Source of the DNA: Candidatus Thalassarchaeaceae archaeon
GTDB lineage: Archaea > Thermoplasmatota > Poseidoniia > Poseidoniales > Thalassarchaeaceae
Direction: 5' to 3'
Length of the DNA: 20,733 nt
NCBI GenBank assembly: GCA_030747675.1
Contig: JASLKH010000084.1
Location: forward strand, 1 to 20,733
A program made the translations under genes and the position numbers. Under the pieces are notes generated by a model that worked only from the letters and a program-made list of their open reading frames with translations, searched no databases and was not told where the DNA came from. This document shows, piece by piece, positions 12,720-20,733 of this stretch; within the stretch, counting starts at the first letter, position 1, and each line of letters starts with the position of its first letter.

Positions 12720-15700
12720 CTTTGGTCCTCCAGTTCAAGTCTCATGGCTACTCCAAGTGATTTCATCTCATCCAGAAGTAACTTGAATGCGTATGAGGTT
12801 GAAACCGAGAATACCTCGGCCTTATCCCCATGGATTGGGCTAACGTAGCAACGTTTCCTCCAATCCCAATATGCAACGTGACCGCTGTCTGCGCACACGT
12901 ACAAATCCCATCCATCAGATTCGTCAAGTAATCTATCCTTAATCACCATGGAGGCACCATGGGCAATGAGACAATCTCTTTCCATTTCACCAAACCTTAG
13001 TCCACCTTGCCGCGCTCTTCCTTCAGTTGGTTGACGTGTGAGAATCTGTACACGGCCTCGGCTACGAGCGTGGATTTTCCCACTGACCATGTGGTGCAAT
13101 TTCTGATAATAAATTACTCCAACGAAAACCTGTGCTGGGAATTCATCTCCGGTTTCACCATTGATCATTGATTCACGACCAGTGTGTGCAAAACCATGAC
13201 GTAGTAACCCTTCGCGTAGAGAATCTTCCTTCTCTCCATTGAATGCTGTGCCGTCAATCAAACGACCTTCCATGGACCCAACTTTCCCACCAATCATTTC
13301 CAAAATATGAGCTACTGTCATCCTTGATGGAATCGCGTGTGGATTAATGAGCAAATCAGGTACTACACCATCTACTGTAAAAGGCATGTCTTCAGGATCA
13401 ACAAGTCGACCAATGACACCTTTCTGTCCGTGTCTACTAGCAAATTTATCACCTAATTCTGGAATTCTATTTGATCGAACGGTGAGGCGTACGAATCTAC
13501 CTGAATCAAGAGATTCAGTCACGAATACATTGTCAACATAACCACCTTCTCCATGACGAACATTCATGCTTGATTCACGACGCTCTTGTGCCTGCAAGAA
13601 AGCACCATGAGATTCTTCAAGGAATCTTGGGGGGCTTGTTTTACCTACCAAAATTGCTGGTACACGATCTCGGTCTTCAGGTTTATTGGATAATTCAATT
13701 TCGGGGGTTGGTAGACCATCTGCTTCAAGATGTGAATAGGATTCAGGTGATTTTAGCCCCTTTACTTCATCCAATCCAGTACCTGGTATCTCAATTTCAT
13801 CAACTTGGCCACCAGGGAATCGCTTTCGTTCAGCGTTATACGTTCGAACGAATGTCGAACGACCTAGCGCTCGTTGAACACTAGCTCTATTCATAATTAC
13901 AGCGTCTTGCATATTGTATCCATGGTGGGACATTACAGCAACTACGAAGTTTTGACCTGCAGGGCGACGAAGGAATTTGGTAGCCTCCATTGCTCGAGTC
14001 CCAGTCAGGGAGTTTTGTGGATAATGTAGCACGTGCTGACGCGTATCGGGTCGGAGTCGGAAGTTCGCACTTGGTAATCCTAGAGATTGCTTAACCATTG
14101 CAGTTCCACCAGTAACACGCGGTGTAGAGTTGTGTTCAGGGTATGGCACCAAGGCGGCACATACACCTAGAATAAGTTGAGGGTCTATCTCAACATGGGT
14201 GTAAATTAAGGCATCACCTGTCTTCTTTTCTTTTCGCTTTAATTTGTCCAAATCCTCTTGATAATAATTCAAAGGAAGTGAGAATTTTTCTGTAATCTTC
14301 TCGCCATTAGGCATGATTATTTCCGCGGCTAATTTCGCCTTGGAAATTCCTTCATCGCCCAAGTTCAGCCATTCAACCTTGGCAGGGTTAATTGGGCGAC
14401 CGTTCTTTGGACTGGCGGTTGGTAAATCATATGGTCGCGGTGCAACGAGTAAATCTTCTTCCTCTTCTGCATCGACCCATTCAACAATTCCCTCAACTAC
14501 TAGATCATTGAATGAAATAGTACCGTCACGCAAGCCATCAATATATTCTTTGGAAAGTGTAAGACTCCCATTCTCAAGTACCAACAAAGGACGTAGGATT
14601 CGACCCTTGTCTGTATTAATGAAAATGTCTCGATTCACAGCGTCGTGGCGAATACTAACTTCAGGGCGAATTCGGCCACTTCGTCTACGTCGCTTGAAAT
14701 GATCAACCAACTTGTGAGGGTTCATGTGCAGACCAAAAATATCACCATTAACGTGGACTCTTGCTCCTTCGGACCATCCAGTAGGACTTGGGTCAACATC
14801 AGCTTCTGCAAGTAATTCTTTTACTTCATTTTCATCCACTGCTTCTGAGACGTCAATCATTTGTGCCGCATTCTTCACTAAGCCGCAATTCTGTCCTTCA
14901 GGAGTTTCGTTCGGACAGAGACGACCCCATTGAGTGGGGTGCAGGTCACGGGCCTCAAAATGAGGCTGGCTGCGCACAAGGGGGCTGGTTACTCGACGCA
15001 TGTGAGAAAGTGCTGAAAGATACGTAGTTCGATCAAGTAGTTGACTGACACCACTTCGGCCACCAACCCAATTTCCTGTTGCTAATGCATGCATGATTTT
15101 GGATGTAAGAACGTCAGGTCTAAGGCAACTAGTAATTTTGAGTTCGCGCTTACGGTTGTGGTGTCTTTCAAGTTGGTATTTCAGATCACGAGCGAGTTGT
15201 TGAAGTGATACACGGAAAAGATCCTCGATTAAATCACCTGCAAGGCGTACTCTCTTGTTAGCATAATGATCTTTGTCGTTTGGCTCTTTATTACTAATTG
15301 CCATTTCAAGAACTTGGCGCACAATTCTCCCCAAAAATATAGCTTTCTTCTTCCGATTTTCTTCAAGATTACCCAGGTGTGGAAGTAACTCTTTATCGAG
15401 AAGATTCTGAATTCGCTGTTCTCGATATTCCTTTTGTTGGCCTGCAGCAAATTTCTTTTCTAACCATTGCATTCCGTCATCTTGAGTATCAACATTGTAC
15501 TCTTCATTGTCTTTTACTTCGTTAAGGTTAGCAACAATATACTTGAATGTCTCAGTCGGTCCGGCAATAGCCTGGAAGATATCCTGGTCGTTGTCGATAC
15601 CCAAACATCGCATTAACAAAACTACAGGTATTGCTGTTGTTCCTGCACTACTGATTTTGACCATCAACATACCATCTTTGCGCTTTTCGACTGTTAAAGG

Positions 15701-16405
15701 CTTCCTTACACCGGCTTTTTGTGAGAAAATCTTGGCTACTTCAGTCTTTCTGGCATAGCGCTTGTTCATTTCGACGGTAACTCTGTTTGGCGCAAGATCT
15801 TCCATCGAAATAAGAGCTCTTTCTGTACCATTTATGATGAAATAGCCACCAGGGTCACAAGGATCTTCTCCCTTGCTATTCAGTAGTGTATTGTACTGAT
15901 CCATGTCTTCATTACTCAATTCAGGAGTGAGTTTTTTGGGCTTCTCCGCAGAACCAGCGATATGATCAGAATGCAAATTGCAGCGCTGTGAACGGACCAT
16001 TATTGGTACGTTTCCAATCTGGACCTTCTCCTCAAAAATAGGCTGAGGTGTGTCATCTCGATGAATTGTAAAATCGAGATAAATTGGAGACATGTATGTC
16101 AATTTTCTAAGACGGCATTCAAGTGGGAGAGATGGGTGTTCTGAACCATTAGCCTCTCGTATGGTCGGAGGACCTACTTGCATATTTTTCATACGTACAT
16201 GGATTTCGTGATCCAATACGTCAAGTTTAATCATTCCACCTTCATCGTCTTCAAGTAACTCATCTGTACCGATTCGAATGTTGCGAACAATCGATTCAAA
16301 ACGTGACTTCTGACTATCAGAAGTAGGAATGCAATCGTTATATGAGGCAAGTTGATGATTCACTAAGCTTCGTTCTCGAAAGTAACTCTCAATAATTTCC
16401 TTCAT
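12716..16405 (-). CDS. rpoB: RNA polymerase subunit B (Rpo2), unsplit
   Basis: GDKFASRHGQKG, GGLRFGEMERD, CPNETPEGQNCGL, GGYFIINGTER. ATG 16405 follows GGGGGA; the ORF-track start at 16435 overlaps rpoH. Confidence 0.98.
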
Positions 16406-16418
16406 CTCTAAATTCCCC

Positions 16419-17030
16419 CTAGTTACCCTCAACAATCAATCTGTATGCAATACTCTTTCCAGCAGAACGACTGTAACGAATTACGCGGACAACACGGTTG
16501 GCTAGCCAGCCAGCATGTAACTCCTCATTTTCCGCTTCAGTCATTTCCTTGAGTACCTGGACTGCTGGGTCAGTGATTAGGATCTTTGGAAGGAGTTCTT
16601 TGGCAAGACGCATGCCATCTCCAATGGGGTCCTTGTGCATTAAGTCCCACGGAGATAATGCCTCAGCCTCCTCCTCAATTGGAACTAATTCGTGGTGTGG
16701 GACCAAATGATGATTTAATACATTGAATCGGTTTTCACCTGTTGGGATGTCATCGTCATCCAATGCTTTTTGAGAAATTGTGATTCTGCGTGATCGAGTT
16801 CGCTTGCGTGTTCCTTGTTCACGAATTACATTCATCACATTATCGAGGTCGGGACTTTCCATCTCAACTCCAATTTTCTTTGCTACTTGCTCAACACTCA
16901 TCTGCTTGATTGCATCCATATTTGCATCATCAGCAAGTCGATGCGCGTGCTCTTCAGAAACACCTAACTCAATTAGAAGTTTTTTCGTTGAACTCTTTAC
17001 TACCAAAAATTGCGACCCCCTTTTCCCCAT
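16419..17030 (-). CDS. rpoH: RNA polymerase subunit H (Rpo5) with ~90 aa N-terminal extension
   Basis: C-terminal half has FNVLNHHLVPHHE, LPKILITDP and SRSAGKSIAYRLIV. Start is ATG 17030 or TTG 17006; the latter gives MVVKS exactly as in RpoA2 and has AGGGGGT upstream. Confidence 0.92.
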   Translation of the reverse strand: MGKRGSQFLVVKSSTKKLLIELGVSEEHAHRLADDANMDAIKQMSVEQVAKKIGVEMESPDLDNVMNVIREQGTRKRTRSRRITISQKALDDDDIPTGENRFNVLNHHLVPHHELVPIEEEAEALSPWDLMHKDPIGDGMRLAKELLPKILITDPAVQVLKEMTEAENEELHAGWLANRVVRVIRYSRSAGKSIAYRLIVEGN

Positions 17031-17066
17031 AGCCTCGCAGTAAGCCTGTTCCCCAGAAAGATAGAG

Positions 17067-17140
17067 CGGGCCTGACGGGATTCGAACCCGCGGCCGACGG
17101 GTTAAAAGCCCGTCGCTCTACCTGACTAAGCTACAGGCCC
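17067..17140 (-). tRNA. tRNA-Lys(UUU), no intron, CCA not encoded
   Basis: Cloverleaf: acceptor GGGCCTG/CAGGCCC, anticodon stem ACGGG/CCCGT with loop CT-TTT-AA, T loop TTCGAAT, discriminator G. Confidence 0.97.
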
Positions 17141-17170
17141 ATTGCTATCTCTGGGCTTCACGCGGACCGA

Positions 17171-17184
17171 GGGGGTATTCAAAA
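17171..17184 (-). promoter_or_regulatory. Putative TATA-like element (TTTTGAATA) of the tRNA-Lys/rpo transcription unit
   Basis: The only AT-rich block ~36-44 nt upstream of the mature tRNA 5' end. Confidence 0.35.
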
Positions 17185-17344
17185 GGCTTGCGCTTGGAGC
17201 ATAGGCTACGCAAACCAGAAGAAGTTGGGGGCCCGTTTGGGTATGTGCCCGAATACCGATAAGTGGAATTCGACATAAAGGTTTGGGGGAAATATTCATC
17301 TCATTGTTATCCAAAACAACCAATTACCGGCAGGAGGGCCTCAT

Positions 17345-18781
17345 TTGACTATTGAAAGAGAGGTAGAAATCCAATCGAATAATAGTACTGTGGCTTCTTG
17401 GTTAGACCCATCTGGCCACCCAGTTATACTTACAATACCACCCACAGTTTATCCTCCTCGTGAGGACTCAGTATTGCTCGATAATATGTTGGCCGGGCTT
17501 GGGCCGGGCACTGGAAAAACACTTTTGGAGATCGGATGCGGAAGTGGAGCTATTTCAATATCGGCTGCAAAAAGAGGTTGGAGTGTTTCAAGTTGTGATA
17601 TCAACCCTTTTGCAGTTGCTGCCACAATAGGTAATGCGAAGGATTTAGGCGTTGTTAACTCGATCAATGTCGCTGAAGGGGGACCTGGTGAAGAAGGTGA
17701 TTGGTGGCCTGAAGAGGGAGTTGATGTAATTGTCTGGAACCTTCCTTACATGGACCCCCCTGATACAGATAAAGAGGGGCTTGGCCCCCTCGAAGATGCT
17801 GCGATGATCGATTCCTCCTGTGGTGCGAAATTAGCAGCAGAATTAGTGGAGAGCCCTCATATTTTGAATCCAGGAGGGATCATACTTTTGCTTCATAGTA
17901 GTAATGAAGTTGGACGAAATTTACCTCCAATATGGCGAAGGTTAGGGTGGTCCACACGAGTCCAAAGGAGTGAAGTCATTGGAGACGAAGAATTGACTGT
18001 TATTGCTGTATGGCGACCATATGCCATGTCACCTCCAATCCTAATGGATACATGTGATTCTACAAATTCAGAAATTTTGGATGGAGATTATCAAATTGGG
18101 CAACTAATTCAAACCTATAAACAAAAATCTGGACGTGGAAGAAAGAATAAGTTATGGGAAAGTGGAAAAGGTTCTTTTTTGGGGAGTTGGAGTATATCTT
18201 CAAATTCTATAGAAGGGAGCCCTGGGTACTTCCAAATGGGAGCTTCAATAGCTATCCTAGATACGTTTTCCAGTTTTTTGGGTTTTGGATTACCCAGTCA
18301 TTCATGGGCTAATGGCAGTAGACTTACAGAGTTAGGGGTTTTGTTGAAATGGCCTAATGACATCTACCTGGAAATGGCAAAAGAATATGCAAAAATTTGC
18401 GGCATATTGGTAGAAGGTAAAACTAAGGCTGGAAATACTCGTATTGCTATTGGGATAGGGATCAACTCCATTGGACCCAATATTGGAGTGAATACAGCAG
18501 GTTGGAGGGATATCCCTGGGCTTCAAAATGTGAAATTAGAACGTATCAGCGAAGTTCTTCATGCTTCCATGTCATCGGTTTTTGAAATACATCCGCTGCT
18601 AGAAAATACTGCTTTTGATTGTATTCTAGAAGGGCAATATAATGCATTAATCCCCTCATTCAATGCTGGTGGTAATCAAAATATAGGAGCCATCATAGGG
18701 ATTTCAAAAAATGGTCACCTATTAACTGTAAATGGAGAAATTAACAGTCTCGATGAATTGGATTGGCATTGGAATTGCTAA
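17345..18781 (+). CDS. Fusion: HemK2/Mtq2-like SAM methyltransferase + biotin-protein ligase (BPL/BirA catalytic domain)
   Basis: N-half: VYPPREDSVLL, LEIGCGSG, DINP, NLPY. C-half: DSTN, QKSGRGR...WES, LKWPND, KICGILVE, GIGIN. One uninterrupted frame; TTG start behind GGAGG. Confidence 0.85.
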   Translation: MTIEREVEIQSNNSTVASWLDPSGHPVILTIPPTVYPPREDSVLLDNMLAGLGPGTGKTLLEIGCGSGAISISAAKRGWSVSSCDINPFAVAATIGNAKDLGVVNSINVAEGGPGEEGDWWPEEGVDVIVWNLPYMDPPDTDKEGLGPLEDAAMIDSSCGAKLAAELVESPHILNPGGIILLLHSSNEVGRNLPPIWRRLGWSTRVQRSEVIGDEELTVIAVWRPYAMSPPILMDTCDSTNSEILDGDYQIGQLIQTYKQKSGRGRKNKLWESGKGSFLGSWSISSNSIEGSPGYFQMGASIAILDTFSSFLGFGLPSHSWANGSRLTELGVLLKWPNDIYLEMAKEYAKICGILVEGKTKAGNTRIAIGIGINSIGPNIGVNTAGWRDIPGLQNVKLERISEVLHASMSSVFEIHPLLENTAFDCILEGQYNALIPSFNAGGNQNIGAIIGISKNGHLLTVNGEINSLDELDWHWNC

Positions 18782-19305
18782 TCCATCTCCTGAGCTTTCC
18801 GCCAAATACCCCATGTCAGCAATAACGAACCGAATAAAGCAGGTACATATTCATGAGGAATTGACCTGTTAATTGTCATCTCCAACTGTAAATCAGCATC
18901 TCCTTCGAGAATTACTCGGTATTCACCCTGAGGGATTTTTTCATTGAAACTGACAGTAGACATCTCGCCTTTCTCGCCATCAAGTAATGTCATTGATGGC
19001 GAATCAACGGGAATTATGCCATCCCATGCATCATCTCCATTGTGGGATACTAATGTCACAACTACTGCTTCACAGGGATCGCTGCCTTCTTCCCAGCACG
19101 ATGCAGCATAACCTGCCTCAAAACTCACAGTGGCGTCTGAAAGACCAGTGTGGAATGTCATTACTTCAGTAGGGAGGTTTTCACTACTAACTGGAGTCGG
19201 TTGTGTCCACACTGCAATCACTAATGTCGAAATGACCAATGCTGCACCGATCAAAACCGCAAGATCCCAAGCCGGGACATCTGGGGCATCGCCACCACCT
19301 GCCAT
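18778..19305 (-). CDS. Membrane protein with N- and C-terminal TM helices and a small extracytoplasmic beta domain
   Basis: Hydrophobic segments DLAVLIGAALVISTLVIAVW and YVPALFGSLLLTWGIW around an acidic loop with a Cys pair. Start ATG 19305 is preferred over 19329. Confidence 0.7.
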   Translation of the reverse strand: MAGGGDAPDVPAWDLAVLIGAALVISTLVIAVWTQPTPVSSENLPTEVMTFHTGLSDATVSFEAGYAASCWEEGSDPCEAVVVTLVSHNGDDAWDGIIPVDSPSMTLLDGEKGEMSTVSFNEKIPQGEYRVILEGDADLQLEMTINRSIPHEYVPALFGSLLLTWGIWRKAQEMD

Positions 19306-19394
19306 GGCTCTCCGAGTCAAGCCAAGCACATCAAGATAATGTGTTGATTTCAGTAGATGGAATATTAATAAATTCTATAGATTGGTACTATAAG

Positions 19395-19679
19395 TTAAAT
19401 TTCTAGACGTTCTCTGACGAGCCTTATCTTTCCAGAGATCGTAACAGAATATATTTCTGAATTTGTGTCTGAAAGTATTTCTCGCCATTCATTTTGGTTT
19501 TTCAAATGGATTCGAAGAATCGCCTTAGATTTGGAAAAATCATATAGTTTCCATTCATTTACTGGAGCGATTTGACTCAACCTTTTTTCCAACTCATTTC
19601 TCGATTCAATCTTTCCAGAAACATGCAAGCCGACCCACCTCCTTTTTTCACGGAGAGCCTTTGTTAATCGCTTGGCCAT
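19395..19679 (-). CDS. rnp2: RNase P protein component 2 (Pop5/Rpp14 family)
   Basis: 94 aa with N-terminal LREKRRWV and C-terminal VTISGKIRLVRERL, the Pop5/Rpp14 signatures. Confidence 0.75.
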   Translation of the reverse strand: MAKRLTKALREKRRWVGLHVSGKIESRNELEKRLSQIAPVNEWKLYDFSKSKAILRIHLKNQNEWREILSDTNSEIYSVTISGKIRLVRERLEI

Positions 19680-19699
19680 GTCAATCGGACATGCGTCGA

Positions 19700-19707
19700 C
19701 CTTAACA
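19700..19707. promoter_or_regulatory. Candidate bidirectional TATA element (CCTTAACA / TGTTAAGG)
   Basis: TTAA at 19702-19705 lies 23 nt from ATG 19679 (-) and 25 nt from ATG 19730 (+). No SD on either side. Confidence 0.45.
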
Positions 19708-19729
19708 GCCCTCTTACGCTCGCAATGGT

Positions 19730-20733
19730 ATGGACGAGGATGTTAATCTCCCTGAAGAAAATAACTCCCCTACTGTTTTTGACTTAATAAAAAATCTACT
19801 CAGCCCCTCAACTTTACCTCATGTCATTTTACTTGGAATTGCAGGCATCGGATTGTACTTACTTTCATCCTCTGTTTCAGATTGGTTATTTGCCATTGGA
19901 ATTTCAGGTTATATCGCACTTTCAATAGGTTATGCACTGACTGCTTGGATGCAAGAAATGAAGATAATTTACCGCTTTAGCCATATCCAGCCCATCCCCA
20001 AAAGTACTTCATTTATCGAAAAAATATTGTTGTACGTTATTCGGATTATGATGTCTTGGATAGCACCCCTTATGCTCAGCACGATTCCATTCATCATTCT
20101 TGCTTCGTATCTCACATCAGACACAGGTAGTGACCAAGTGATATACTGGGCTATGAGCTTAGCAAGTCTTTTCATTATCTGGTCATGGGCCCAAGGTAAA
20201 GCCATGGCCAGTAGCCTTCGAATTGTAGTTGAAGCACGTGCAATGCGGCTTGCAAAAACTCCGCGAGATTCAAAACGGTTCACATCAACTACAGTGCATA
20301 TGTTCACAATCGGAATTTTTGCTGCTTTCACGTATTGGCTCACAATTTCAGGTGGGAAAAATACTGGTGATATGTCGCTCATTGAAAAATTGGGGCCACT
20401 AATCTTTGCAGTGTGCGCCATCATCGTTCAAGGGTTCCTTTTCTGGAGAACTACTGAACGAAGGAAAATCGACTCAGAACGGAAGGATACTGCAGTATTT
20501 GGATTCACTTGGGGTTTGCTTATTCAATTATTCGTGACATGGCATCTTTTGAGTGCATACAGACGATTTACTAGTGACAATTGGGGAGTTATGCTCATTG
20601 TTGAAGAACTTATTTTGATGGTGGTGACGGTCATTGCAGCAATTTGGAGTCTTGCTAAAGATACGCATGAACGTGGGTTTAGACTTTTTACTCAAAATAA
20701 CGCAATATTTTGGGGGCTTTCTTTTGGTTTTGC
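19730..20733 (+). CDS. Polytopic membrane protein of unknown function (3' end beyond window)
   Basis: Hand translation gives an open frame from ATG 19730 (MDEDVNLPEENNSPTVFDLIKNLLSPSTLPHVILLG...) to the window end with many hydrophobic segments. It is missing from the ORF track for lack of a stop. Confidence 0.8.
   Translation, partial: MDEDVNLPEENNSPTVFDLIKNLLSPSTLPHVILLGIAGIGLYLLSSSVSDWLFAIGISGYIALSIGYALTAWMQEMKIIYRFSHIQPIPKSTSFIEKILLYVIRIMMSWIAPLMLSTIPFIILASYLTSDTGSDQVIYWAMSLASLFIIWSWAQGKAMASSLRIVVEARAMRLAKTPRDSKRFTSTTVHMFTIGIFAAFTYWLTISGGKNTGDMSLIEKLGPLIFAVCAIIVQGFLFWRTTERRKIDSERKDTAVFGFTWGLLIQLFVTWHLLSAYRRFTSDNWGVMLIVEELILMVVTVIAAIWSLAKDTHERGFRLFTQNNAIFWGLSFGF

Noticed and set aside
17041-17140. 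tRNA-Lys as an integration site
   Set aside because: No integrase, no duplicated tRNA 3' end beyond 5 nt, and both flanks are housekeeping genes.
19969-20424. Minus-strand 151-aa ORF
   Set aside because: Shadow of the longer plus-strand membrane protein frame starting at 19730.

Overview
Gene-dense archaeal chromosome segment. The lineage looks like Thermoplasmatota, most like Marine Group II/Poseidoniales; this is inferred from gene content and protein style, not from a database search. The core is an RNA polymerase operon on the minus strand behind tRNA-Lys(UUU): rpoH-rpoB-rpoA1-rpoA2-rpl30e. To its left are a secreted glycoprotein gene (truncated at the window edge), three COG1340-like coiled-coil paralogs interleaved with a RimI-like GNAT, a Roadblock/LC7 protein and a KaiC/RAD55-like ATPase, then purP and a hypothetical gene. 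To its right are a HemK2-methyltransferase/biotin-ligase fusion, a two-TM membrane protein, RNase P Pop5 and a polytopic membrane protein (truncated). No mobile element or CRISPR array is evident. The main signal is a remodelled RNAP. RpoH and RpoA2 each start with a homologous ~45-60 aa helical module (23/45 aa identical) followed by an Arg-rich linker. RpoA1 carries a ~130 aa Cys-bracketed insertion in the dock region. RpoB has lost most of its C-terminal zinc-ribbon cysteines and gained a ~65 aa insert. Whether these features are already described could not be checked.
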